From: Chitinophagales bacterium
Lineage (GTDB): Bacteria; Bacteroidota; Bacteroidia; Chitinophagales; LD1
Assembly (NCBI GenBank): GCA_046329515.1
Contig: JAXLUM010000001.1
Location: forward strand, 1,854,329 to 1,918,328
DNA: 64,000 nucleotides
Direction of reading: 5' to 3'
In this document: piece by piece, positions 1 through 9,418 of the stretch
Position numbering within the stretch: the first letter of the stretch is position 1
Layout: each line of letters starts with the position of its first letter
Program-made: the position numbers and the translations under genes
Notes under the pieces: model-generated
Database searches by the model: none
Seen by the model: only the letters and a program-made list of their open reading frames with translations
What the model was told of the DNA's origin: nothing

Positions 1-277
1 TTGCTGATGCGCTGGAGGCAATACAGGCTGATTCTAACGCCACTGAATAAACCGATTCGTTTTGTAAGGAATGATCGCGTGCGCTGAGTTCAACATGCTG
101 TGAAGCATCAATCCAGCCTTCATAACCATCATAAGTGTTTCGTATGTTTATCCAGTTGCCTTGCTGGATAATTACTTCATATGTTTCGCCAAACAGAAGT
201 TGGCTAACCAATTCGCTTTGGTGGTTAGGTTCCTTACGTAAAGAAATGATACTGAGCTTTGCTATACCAAATGTCAT
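1..277 (-). CDS. NlpC/P60 (C40) family peptidase, N-terminal SH3b-like part; the gene continues past the left window edge
   Basis: My own minus-strand translation from the ATG at 277-275 stays open to base 1: MTFGIAKLSIISLRKEPNHQSELVSQLLFGETYEVIIQQGNWINIRNTYDGYEGWIDASQHVEL... The pattern LRxEPxxxSExVSQLLFGE...W..I....GYEGW is the usual N-terminus of Bacteroidota C40 peptidases. It is absent from the ORF track because it is truncated. Confidence 0.55.
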   Translation of the reverse strand, partial: MTFGIAKLSIISLRKEPNHQSELVSQLLFGETYEVIIQQGNWINIRNTYDGYEGWIDASQHVELSARDHSLQNESVYSVALESACIASSASA

Positions 278-490
278 AAACACAAATTTACCCGCCTCTT
301 TGCTAATAATAAGGTAAGTATCGCCTAATCTATCTACACCGGCCTGTTAGGATTCCCTAAAACGAAGCAAATAATTATGTTTGTAAGATGTGGAAAGCAG
401 GGGTTGTTAAATGCAACTATGGGCACTCCTTTTTCCTCTTTAGTTTAGATTTAATGTTGTAACCGAGATTTTTTCTATTTTCAGATTTTG

Positions 491-3400
491 ATGAAGAAAA
501 ATTACCCCCTGATGCGTTCACTATTAGTGACCTTGTGCTGTTGCCTTGCTTTATTTTCCGAAGCTCAAATTACATGCAGCGTTAGCCTGCAACAAAATTC
601 ACCTTGTGCCCCTAAGCCAATATTGGCCCAGGCTACAGCCAGTTCCGTTTCCCCTATTACCCAATATTGCTGGCGTTTAACCAACTGCGCTACCGGCACT
701 GTTATTTTCCAAAGTTGCGGACCCAACCCCAGCTTTGCATATGTAAACTCAGTAGTGGGCAATTTATGCCTGCGCATGACTGTGTTTAATTCTGCCGGCG
801 ACTCATGTGTGCAAACCATAAATAACATCCTTGTTTCGGGCTCGCCTACCATTGACATGGGAATAAGCAATACGGAAGGATGTTGCGGTTTGAATGTGCA
901 GATGCAATGTAATATTACACCCGGTTGCGGCGCAATAGATTCACTGGTTATACAACCGGGTTGCGGCCCAATTATTTTCCTGAATAGCTGCCCTTCAGGT
1001 ATAATTAATATTCCTTACAACTGCTCCTGCCCTCCGGGCGTCTATGATGTAACCGTAGTTGCAAAAAACTCCTGCGGTTGTTATGCACAGCCTAAAACAT
1101 ATGCTGATACCGTTCACATTATACCTAAACCGGTTGCTTTTTTTACGGCAGATACTACTACGGCCCACTGTGCCAGCGGCCCGTTAAACGTAAACTTTAT
1201 GGCCAACAATGCCGGCCCTAATATGACCTATAAGTGGTATATTGACGGTGCCTTACAGCAAAGTTCAACGGCACCCGCAGGTTTAAACTTTACCCATTCC
1301 TTTCCAATATCAGCAAACTGTTATGATGTTAAACTTGTAGTGGTACATGCTTCGGGTGGAGGCTGTATTGATTCAATGGTAATAAGTGACCTGATATGCA
1401 ATACCAGCACGCCCAGCATTAATATAAGCAGCAACGTAAATACTACCTGTGTTAACAGCAGCACCCCGGCCACTATAACCTTAACTGACAATACCGGTGG
1501 CGGACCACACACTGTAACCTGGGCCATGCCAGCACCGCTGGGCACCCAAACGGGGCCTACTGCCACTTATACCACTACGGCTACAGGCACCTACACCGTG
1601 ACCGTTAATGCTTCTTATGGAGGCAACTGCTCTGCTACCTTAACGCAGGTAGTTACTACTTTAAATGCCAAACCCGTATCTAACTTTACAGTAAGTGATG
1701 ATTCGATCTGTAAACTGCCAGCATCAGTAACAGCAACAGCAACTCCTTGTGTAGGCTGTTCCTACGGGTGGAATTTTTCCGGCATAACTCCTCAGCCACC
1801 CAATAGTTCTACTGCAACTGTTTCTTACACCAATAATGGCACTTTCAATATATCATTGGTTACAACAGCGGCCAACGGTTGCGCCACCACCATTATTAAA
1901 AATAATGCGGTTGTAATACGCAGACTTGGTGCGAGAATTGGGATGAACGGCTCCTACGGCTGTCCTCCTAAATGTGTAACGTTTACGAACCAAACACCGG
2001 CGTTTCCGGGTGAGACTGTTTTACCGACCAACGTTTGCTGGAGTTTTCCGGGATCGGGTATTGCAGGGCAATGCAACAATACCATAAACCAATGCTTTGT
2101 GCAGCCCAGCTGCTATGATGTGCAGTTAGCAGTAACCACCGTTAGCGGTTGTACGGATACCGTAAAGCTTATTGACACAGTGTGTGTGCATGGCCCTCCG
2201 GTTTGCTCGGTTATTGCCGACCCTGATACCATGTGCTATGAAGCGGATTCAGTAGCGTTTACAATAATGTGCGATTCAGCAAACCTTATACACGCTATTT
2301 ATGGTGATGCCGGTGAAGACTGGGCGCATCCTACTGCCGGCGTTCCTTTTACGTTAGTTCATATGTACCTTGATTTTGGCAGCTTTAATGCCATGATAAT
2401 TACATACAGGGACAGTTGCCTGGGCGACACTTTTGTTATTCCAATTACAGTTTTCCCTCCTGCTGCTAAGTTTAAAGATTCAACAAGTTGTTCATTAGGC
2501 GATAGTATAATATTAGTGAACGAATCGAAATATGCTAACCGATGGACATGGTCGCTTTGTAACGGAGATACTATAGGCAGCGCAACCGGCCCTAAGAGCC
2601 CTAAAGTAAAAGTTGCTTTATGCGATACTTGTACTATTTCTCTCACTGCCTATAATGATACCACGGGCTGCGTCCATCAATATACCGAAACCATTAATAC
2701 GCCTTGCGACTCTGTATCCATATCCCCTTCCGATACTACTTATTGCGGCGGATTTATAACCTTGTTCAATACTTCGCCCGACCAGGTATCAAATCTCACT
2801 CAATGGGACCTACAAGGCTCTAATGCCATCTCCTGGTCACCCATTAAAGGGCCAAGCTACTCCTATAACCTTTTAAATCCGGGGTATTATAATCTTGCCA
2901 TGTTGAATACTACATCCGGTGGATGTAAGGATACCGCCTTTGCCAATGTACACGTATGTAAAATAACGCCGAACTTTGGGCCAACGAATGTTTGTTTGCC
3001 TGATTCGTTCTACTTCGTTGACTTAAGTAAAGATTCAACCTGCGGAGTTACGCATTGGAACTGGACCTTTGGCGATGGCAGCCCTGCTGACACTACATCA
3101 GCTCCGGTGCATGGTTATGCTAACTCCGGTACATACCAGGTACAATTAACTGTTCGTAATGATTTTGGTTGCCAGGCTTCTGTAACAAAGTCGGTAGTAG
3201 TAGGTGGTTATGTAAACTTCGACTACCAGGTTGATACTACAGTTTGCCCGGGACCTAACAGTACTGTTTGTGTTACCAATAATACCAGTAGTCCGGGTGT
3301 TACTTTAACATGGCAATGGACGGCGCAGACTCCTGCCGGCACCATCGTATCTAACCAAGCCGCCCCGTGTTTCGGCCCATATAATACAGCGGGTGATTAC

Positions 3401-6352
3401 CCCGTATACATGTTGATGCAAAGCGCTACTTGTACCAGACGTGATACGTTTAATATACATGCTCATTACCCTATCGCTGCCGGCTATATTGATATTGACA
3501 CTGTAGATTGCCCTAATCCTCCGGTGATTATAACCTTTACTGACACCTCACTTTATAAAGATGGTCTTGCCAGTTGGAATTTTGGCGGACAAGGGGTAGC
3601 CAATTTTGATGTTGCCACCTTCTTCTTTTCGGACCCGGGTAATTATATAATTACAAATACAGTGACAACCAATGAAGGCTGCGTTAACACAGCTATTATT
3701 GATACGGTTGTAGTATTAGGTCCTTACGGTAATGCTTCGTATTCACCACCGGGTATTTGTTCGTGCAAAGAGAATGTAGATTACGTTATTAACTCGGTTT
3801 ATGCGGATACTGTAACGCTCATTTTCGGCTGTAACACGGGCTTTATTGCTACGCCTATAGCAGTACCGGGTAGCCCGGCGAACCCTGCAGTAACCAATCT
3901 TAGTGTTCCTTATTGCATTACAGATACCTGCCAGCCGCAACTTATTTATGCTGACGCCTCAGGTTGCCGCGTTTTTCAAGATTTGCCTTACATACCGGTT
4001 GATAGCCCTGTTATAAAATACTTCTTTGATAACTACGGCGTTTGTGTTCAGGGTACGGTTTGTTTCCGCGATTCAACCAAATACAAACTTGGCCCTAACT
4101 TCTCGTGGACCACACAACTTTTATGGGACTTTGGTGATGCCTTAGCTTCACCGGCTAATCCTAACACTGATACTGTAGCCAATCCATGTCACTATTTTAG
4201 TCAACCTGGTGGTTATACGGTTAAGCTATATATATGGAGTAATTTAGGCTGCATGGACTCATTGGTTAGCACCATTGTGGTAATACCTGAGTTTCCCATT
4301 GCCAACTATACGCAGGACGATACACTGGTTTGTGCCTACTCTCCTGCATGCTTCCACGATTCATCATGGATATATCCGCTTACAGGTGCTGACTACTGGG
4401 TATGGTGCTGGGGAGATGGAACACCATGCGATACAATTCATGGAATTCCTGATGCCTGTCACATTTATACAACAGGAGGCAGCTACAACGTAACAATGTG
4501 GGTAGTAGATAGCGTAGGCTGCGGCGATTCGATTGGTTATCGACACATTACCGTGGTAGACAACCCTATTGCCAGCGCCGGTGGCGACCAAACTATTTGT
4601 TATGGTGTTACCACTCAACTTAATGGCAGCGGCACATCCAATTGTCAATGGAGCCCTCCGGGATTAGTATCGGACCCTAATATTTGTAACCCTACCATTA
4701 CACTAACACAGAATGACTCGGTAACGTTGATAGTAACCGACCAATACGGATGTGCGGATACAACAACCACACACTTTACTGTGGCGCGGGTTACGGCAGA
4801 CTTTACTGTAGGGTCTACCTTCTGTTCAGATGATTCGGTTTGCGTAACGGACGCTTCTACCAATATTAATGGTGTAATAAATGTTTGGCGTTACGACTAC
4901 GGCGATAACTCTGCATTCCTTTACGGGCAAAATGTTTGTCACAATTATTTTGCGGCAGGCCCCGGCACTTACAATATTGAATTGTTTGTAAGTGATACTA
5001 CCGGTTGTGTGGATTCTATAAGCAAACCGGTTACTATATTGCCTAGCCCGATAGCTAACTTCTCGCTTAACGATACCGTAATTTGCAGCGACCAAACTAT
5101 TTGTATTACGGACCTTACCACCAGCCAGGCGCCAATTAACAGCTGGCAGTGGTACTATGGCGATTTCCCGAATACCCCGGTAAATGGAGCCAGCCCTCCT
5201 TGCCACCAGTATGCCGCTCCGTTACAAAACAATTACACTATAGCTTTAATAGTAACCGACCAAAACAATTGTGCTGATACCGCAAGTATTGTGGTCACAG
5301 TTAATGAGGTGCCGCAGGCAGATTTTAGCTGGGTTACCAGTTGCGAAACGCAACCTATGCCGTTAACCAGCCTTTCTACACCGGGCGACGGTGCTATTAA
5401 CTACTGCGAGTGGACCTTATGGCAAGGCGCTCCTAACCCCGTAATTGATAATAACTGCAATACCTCATTCCAATTCCCTCCGGGACAGTTCCCTGTGCAG
5501 TTTATTGTAAGAGATGTGAATGGATGTGCTGATACAATAGTCAAAACCGTATTTGTGGATTCGGTTTCTCAACTGGTAATTTACCCGGGCGACACCACTA
5601 TATGCGCAGGCACATCTGTTGACTATAATGTGAGCGGTGTATTTGACCAGGTGGTTTGGACGCCAAACGTTTGGTTAAGCGACCCGAACAGCTCAACTGT
5701 TACCGTTAACCCGTTAAGTAACATAAGCTACATTATTAATGCTGTAAACGGCGTTTGTGCTGCAGCTTCTGATACGTTTAGCATACGTGTAATACAACCT
5801 ATACCAATTGAAGTATTTGCAACACCTGAACAAATTGTGTTGGGCTTAACCTCGAATTTAACTTCGCAAATACCGGGTGATATTGACAGCATTATATGGA
5901 CACCGGAAGAAACACTGGACTGCCGCGATTGTCCTAACCCTATTGCGTTGCCAATTGCAACTACCACTTATACCGCCACCATTTACTACAGTGAAAACGG
6001 TGTAACCTGCACCAACAGCGCTTCAGTAACTATTACGGTGCTTAACAACTGCGATGATAAGATTGTATACGTGCCTAACACCTTTACCCCTAACGGTGAT
6101 GGCATTAACGATATATTCATGATACGCGGTTTAGCGGCCACCAAAATCAACTACTTCCGCATATTTGACCGTTGGGGCCACCTGGTATATGAAGCCCATG
6201 GCGGTGCGCCAAACGAGCCTAAATGGGGCTGGGATGGCACAGATGTGGATGGCAAGAAACTTAATAACGCCGTTTTCGTTTACACCTATGAGATAGAGTG
6301 TATTAACGGAGATGTGGTACATGGACAAGGTAATGTTACACTAGTAAGATAG
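491..6352 (+). CDS. Giant secreted adhesin-like protein with a signal peptide, a Cys-rich N-terminal region, many PKD/Ig-like repeats and a T9SS type-B (gliding-motility CHU_C-type) C-terminal sorting domain
   Basis: The ORF is 1954 aa. The track start at 488 is TTG; there is an ATG at 491. PKD signatures recur (WNWTFGDGSPADTTSAPVHGYANSGTYQVQLTVRNDFGC; WDFGDA; YDYGDNS; WYYGD). The C-terminus KIVYVPNTFTPNGDGINDIFMIRG...FRIFDRWGHLVYE...WDGT...AVFVY fits the type-B T9SS CTD family. Confidence 0.9.
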   Translation: MKKNYPLMRSLLVTLCCCLALFSEAQITCSVSLQQNSPCAPKPILAQATASSVSPITQYCWRLTNCATGTVIFQSCGPNPSFAYVNSVVGNLCLRMTVFNSAGDSCVQTINNILVSGSPTIDMGISNTEGCCGLNVQMQCNITPGCGAIDSLVIQPGCGPIIFLNSCPSGIINIPYNCSCPPGVYDVTVVAKNSCGCYAQPKTYADTVHIIPKPVAFFTADTTTAHCASGPLNVNFMANNAGPNMTYKWYIDGALQQSSTAPAGLNFTHSFPISANCYDVKLVVVHASGGGCIDSMVISDLICNTSTPSINISSNVNTTCVNSSTPATITLTDNTGGGPHTVTWAMPAPLGTQTGPTATYTTTATGTYTVTVNASYGGNCSATLTQVVTTLNAKPVSNFTVSDDSICKLPASVTATATPCVGCSYGWNFSGITPQPPNSSTATVSYTNNGTFNISLVTTAANGCATTIIKNNAVVIRRLGARIGMNGSYGCPPKCVTFTNQTPAFPGETVLPTNVCWSFPGSGIAGQCNNTINQCFVQPSCYDVQLAVTTVSGCTDTVKLIDTVCVHGPPVCSVIADPDTMCYEADSVAFTIMCDSANLIHAIYGDAGEDWAHPTAGVPFTLVHMYLDFGSFNAMIITYRDSCLGDTFVIPITVFPPAAKFKDSTSCSLGDSIILVNESKYANRWTWSLCNGDTIGSATGPKSPKVKVALCDTCTISLTAYNDTTGCVHQYTETINTPCDSVSISPSDTTYCGGFITLFNTSPDQVSNLTQWDLQGSNAISWSPIKGPSYSYNLLNPGYYNLAMLNTTSGGCKDTAFANVHVCKITPNFGPTNVCLPDSFYFVDLSKDSTCGVTHWNWTFGDGSPADTTSAPVHGYANSGTYQVQLTVRNDFGCQASVTKSVVVGGYVNFDYQVDTTVCPGPNSTVCVTNNTSSPGVTLTWQWTAQTPAGTIVSNQAAPCFGPYNTAGDYPVYMLMQSATCTRRDTFNIHAHYPIAAGYIDIDTVDCPNPPVIITFTDTSLYKDGLASWNFGGQGVANFDVATFFFSDPGNYIITNTVTTNEGCVNTAIIDTVVVLGPYGNASYSPPGICSCKENVDYVINSVYADTVTLIFGCNTGFIATPIAVPGSPANPAVTNLSVPYCITDTCQPQLIYADASGCRVFQDLPYIPVDSPVIKYFFDNYGVCVQGTVCFRDSTKYKLGPNFSWTTQLLWDFGDALASPANPNTDTVANPCHYFSQPGGYTVKLYIWSNLGCMDSLVSTIVVIPEFPIANYTQDDTLVCAYSPACFHDSSWIYPLTGADYWVWCWGDGTPCDTIHGIPDACHIYTTGGSYNVTMWVVDSVGCGDSIGYRHITVVDNPIASAGGDQTICYGVTTQLNGSGTSNCQWSPPGLVSDPNICNPTITLTQNDSVTLIVTDQYGCADTTTTHFTVARVTADFTVGSTFCSDDSVCVTDASTNINGVINVWRYDYGDNSAFLYGQNVCHNYFAAGPGTYNIELFVSDTTGCVDSISKPVTILPSPIANFSLNDTVICSDQTICITDLTTSQAPINSWQWYYGDFPNTPVNGASPPCHQYAAPLQNNYTIALIVTDQNNCADTASIVVTVNEVPQADFSWVTSCETQPMPLTSLSTPGDGAINYCEWTLWQGAPNPVIDNNCNTSFQFPPGQFPVQFIVRDVNGCADTIVKTVFVDSVSQLVIYPGDTTICAGTSVDYNVSGVFDQVVWTPNVWLSDPNSSTVTVNPLSNISYIINAVNGVCAAASDTFSIRVIQPIPIEVFATPEQIVLGLTSNLTSQIPGDIDSIIWTPEETLDCRDCPNPIALPIATTTYTATIYYSENGVTCTNSASVTITVLNNCDDKIVYVPNTFTPNGDGINDIFMIRGLAATKINYFRIFDRWGHLVYEAHGGAPNEPKWGWDGTDVDGKKLNNAVFVYTYEIECINGDVVHGQGNVTLVR

Positions 6353-6363
6353 AAGGAGGAACT

Positions 6364-7422
6364 ATGGCAAAAAATTTACTAAAATCCGTTTTTGTAACTG
6401 TAGTTATGGCCTTGCTGGCTTTGCAGGGTATTGCACAGGATATTCACTTCTCGCAGTATTACGCATCGCCTATGCAGCTAAACCCTGCATTAGCGGGTAT
6501 GAACAATTGCGACTATCGTATTTACGCCAACTTTCGCACCCAGTGGGTTACGGTTTCAACCGGTAATACCTATAGAACCGTTGCAGGCGGCGCTGATATG
6601 AGCATCGGCAAAGTAACCAAGTATAACAGCTTTGCAGGTTTGGGCATCTCTTTCTTTAGCGACCAGGCGGGCGATCTTAACTTCAACACTAACCGAATAG
6701 ACCTTTCATTTGCTTACCACTTTATGCTAAACCGTAAAGGAACTATGCAGATTTCTACCGGTATACAGGGCGCGTTTAACTACAACAGCATCAATCCTTC
6801 TAAGGCAACCTTTGATTCGCAATACGACCCTACAACAGGTATTGCTGACCCTAACGGGCAAAAAGAAAGCTTTGCCAAAACGCGTGTAATGTTCGGCGAT
6901 GCAGGCTTTGGCCTTTTGTATAGCGCCATAGTTAAGCAGCAAACCAATTTCTTTTTAGGTTTTGCCCTTAACCACCTTAACCAGCCTAAAATGTCGTTTC
7001 AACCTAATGGAACAACCAATGACGGCAGCGGTTTTGAGCGTTTGTACATGAAGATTACAATACATGGTGGAGCATCTTTACCTGTAGGTAAGCGCTTAGC
7101 TATACAGCCGCACTTTTTGGCGTTGGTACAGGGGCCTTCTTACCAGTTTAACTTAGGCTGTAACTTTAAAACCACTTTAGGAAACGTTACTACCAGCAGA
7201 ACAGCCTTGCACCTTGGTGTGCAATACCGCGGCTTGCTTGATGCAGTTGTGTTAAGCACCCGTATTGATGTAAAAGGTTTTGGCGCCGGTTTAAGCTATG
7301 ACATTAACGTATCTAAACTGACACCGGCCTCTCATTCAGTAGGTGCGCCTGAAGTTTCTATTATGTATCAGGGATGCGCCCGCAAGAAGCCTCATCCGGG
7401 GCACTGCCCTGCTTTGTTCTAA
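6364..7422 (+). CDS. PorP/SprF family type IX secretion system outer-membrane protein
   Basis: The 352-aa product has a signal peptide and the hallmark N-terminal motif QDIHFSQYYASPMQLNPALAG. The gene starts 11 nt after the type-B cargo gene and is preceded by AAGGAGGA. Confidence 0.9.
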   Translation: MAKNLLKSVFVTVVMALLALQGIAQDIHFSQYYASPMQLNPALAGMNNCDYRIYANFRTQWVTVSTGNTYRTVAGGADMSIGKVTKYNSFAGLGISFFSDQAGDLNFNTNRIDLSFAYHFMLNRKGTMQISTGIQGAFNYNSINPSKATFDSQYDPTTGIADPNGQKESFAKTRVMFGDAGFGLLYSAIVKQQTNFFLGFALNHLNQPKMSFQPNGTTNDGSGFERLYMKITIHGGASLPVGKRLAIQPHFLALVQGPSYQFNLGCNFKTTLGNVTTSRTALHLGVQYRGLLDAVVLSTRIDVKGFGAGLSYDINVSKLTPASHSVGAPEVSIMYQGCARKKPHPGHCPALF

Positions 7423-7510
7423 TTGAATGACTTGGTACTATAAAAAAAGCTGCCTTAAAAAAGTTGTGAGGTATCCTTTTATTTTCTTAAATAGTAACCT
7501 CTTTCAGAGC

Positions 7511-8218
7511 TTACAGCCACAAATGGTAGTAATATTGCTTATGGATAACATTAAATCCAAGCGCTTTGTAAAAAGCCATTGCACCACGGTTATCTTCCTG
7601 CGTGGATACCGTACATTTACTGTATCCATTTTGCGCTAAGTGATGTAGGCTATGGTGGATAAGAGCCCTACCTATTCCTTTAACCTGCTGTTTTTTGTTG
7701 GTTGCGATTAAGCTTATGGAAGGCGTCCCGTCCTTTATAGTAACGGAAATAAAACCCGCAAATTCAATTCCGATGTGGCAAACCCATACGAAGGTATTGG
7801 CCTCATCGGCGGTTTCCTTTTCTATCCAGCGTCGATACAACGCTTCAAAAGAGCCAACTGGAAAATTATTATCCAATTTGAACCGCGAAAACCCGCCGGC
7901 AATCAAGGCAAGTTCGTATAGTCTGGGGTCAACATTACCTGTATAACGACTTATATGCGAAGAAGGTTGAAATAAACTGGAGGAGGTATCAATGCTTAGT
8001 GTAACCTTCACATCGATAGGGGAAAGCCCTTGTAAGGTGTTAAGTGAGCCAATATCATCGTCTTCAACAACGATGTAAGCAAGTTCAATTTCATTCTGCC
8101 TTAACTCGGTTTGGAGCTGTACAAACTCAACATTAGTTAGCCCTTTGGGGTCTACCCTGGAAATGTTCAGTTGAAAAAAATCAGTATCCCACTGTTGTAT
8201 GGCAGCTGTGTAACTCAA
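7511..8218 (-). CDS. wecD: TDP-4-amino-4,6-dideoxyhexose N-acetyltransferase (WecD/RffC-like GNAT)
   Basis: The 235-aa product has an N-terminal QQWDTDFFQLNISRV. The central FSRFKLDNNFPVGSFEALYRRWIEKE and C-terminal STQEDNRGAMAFYKALGF resemble E. coli WecD (LTWENAFFG; SRFRAPWY...FYAQWIENA; ATQVGNTAALKRYIQSGA) as I recall it. The TTG start overlaps the stop of the upstream GT2 gene (TTGA at 8215-8218). Confidence 0.7.
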   Translation of the reverse strand: MSYTAAIQQWDTDFFQLNISRVDPKGLTNVEFVQLQTELRQNEIELAYIVVEDDDIGSLNTLQGLSPIDVKVTLSIDTSSSLFQPSSHISRYTGNVDPRLYELALIAGGFSRFKLDNNFPVGSFEALYRRWIEKETADEANTFVWVCHIGIEFAGFISVTIKDGTPSISLIATNKKQQVKGIGRALIHHSLHHLAQNGYSKCTVSTQEDNRGAMAFYKALGFNVIHKQYYYHLWL

Positions 8219-9165
8219 TTTGTATTCAGTGTTTTATGAACAATGAAATTGGGGCGATCCTTTACACCTTCAAAAATCTTAGCTATGTAAAGCCCTAGCA
8301 CGCCTAACATCGTTATAATCGTGCCTCCAATAAACCATATAGAAAAAATAAGGCTAGCATATCCTAAAACCTCAGTAGTACCCAAAATCCACCGCATAAT
8401 AATGTAGATTCCGAACATCAACGAAAAGAGAGAAATATACAAGCCTATTTTAACTGTTAAGCGCAGGGGTTTATCGGAGTTGGCAAGTATAATATTAAGC
8501 GCCAGTTGTAACAGCTTCGAAAAGTTGTAAGAAGTTTCACCTTCAAAACGTTCGCCATGCTCAATATCTACTGCAGTATGGGTAAAACCTACCCAGTTTA
8601 TCATAGCAGGAAAGTAGCGGATGTGTTCGGGTAATTTTATTATTTCATCAATTACTTGGCGGTGATAGACTCCAAAATTGGCTACCGTTCTATCAAATGT
8701 TGTTCCCGAAAGACTTGAAAGGAAAACGTGAAAAAGCTCCGAAGTTTTCCGCTTAAAAAAAGTATCCTTTCTGTTATGCCTTCGGCCGCGTACTATTTCA
8801 TAACCTTCCAAGGCTTTGGCATACATTAAGGGAATCTGGTCAGGCCTGTCCTGCAAATCGCAGTCCATTACTATTACCCATTCACCGGCAGTAAAGGTAA
8901 GCCCAGCTGAAATGGCATAATGCTGTCCGAAATTCCGGCTTAGTTTTACCCCCTTTACTTTCGGATTTTGCTTGCAAACTGCATCTATTTTCTGCCAAGT
9001 TTTATCAGGGCTACCATCTTCCACCAAAATAATTTCATATTTTTCGGTTAGTCGCGAAACCGACTCTTCAATCCGGAGCACAAGTTCCTCTACTATCAGT
9101 TCTGCCCGGTAAACGGGAGAAACAACACTTAACAAAGGCTTCTGTTTAAAACGACTTTCACCCAT
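8215..9165 (-). CDS. GT2 family polyprenyl-phosphate glycosyltransferase (GtrB/ArnC/DPM1-like)
   Basis: GT2 motifs are present: LLSVVSPVYRAE, ILVEDGSPD and the DxD-type VMDCDLQD. Two C-terminal TM helices (LRLTVKIGLYISLFSLMFGIYIIM; ASLIFSIWFIGGTIITMLGVLGLYIA) are typical of lipid-carrier-charging GT2 enzymes. The track start at 9183 is TTG, so I prefer the ATG at 9165. Confidence 0.8.
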   Translation of the reverse strand: MGESRFKQKPLLSVVSPVYRAELIVEELVLRIEESVSRLTEKYEIILVEDGSPDKTWQKIDAVCKQNPKVKGVKLSRNFGQHYAISAGLTFTAGEWVIVMDCDLQDRPDQIPLMYAKALEGYEIVRGRRHNRKDTFFKRKTSELFHVFLSSLSGTTFDRTVANFGVYHRQVIDEIIKLPEHIRYFPAMINWVGFTHTAVDIEHGERFEGETSYNFSKLLQLALNIILANSDKPLRLTVKIGLYISLFSLMFGIYIIMRWILGTTEVLGYASLIFSIWFIGGTIITMLGVLGLYIAKIFEGVKDRPNFIVHKTLNTN

Positions 9166-9418
9166 GAAATCTGGCAGTATCAATAATATGTCCCAATAGT
9201 TGTTTGAAATTAAGGCTGTGATTGATGTTTTTCAGACATTGAAATTTAAGCTGCAATATACCATTTAAAGGAAGAATAACAAGACTCTGCTTGTGGAGAA
9301 AGATGCTAAGGAATTGTAAATGACAACTTATGTTTTATTAATAGAGCCGTTTTGATAATTTTACACATTAAATTTTGAAGAACAGAGGGAGCCTTATTTG
9401 CCCCTAACCTCAGGCTGA

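Noticed and set aside
135-317. 60-aa plus-strand ORF at the left edge
   Set aside because: It lies antisense to a much better supported minus-strand C40 peptidase N-terminus (1-277). Its sequence has no recognisable features.
7427-7639. 70-aa plus-strand ORF after porP/sprF
   Set aside because: It overlaps the 3' end of the convergent wecD-like gene and has no motifs or plausible start context.
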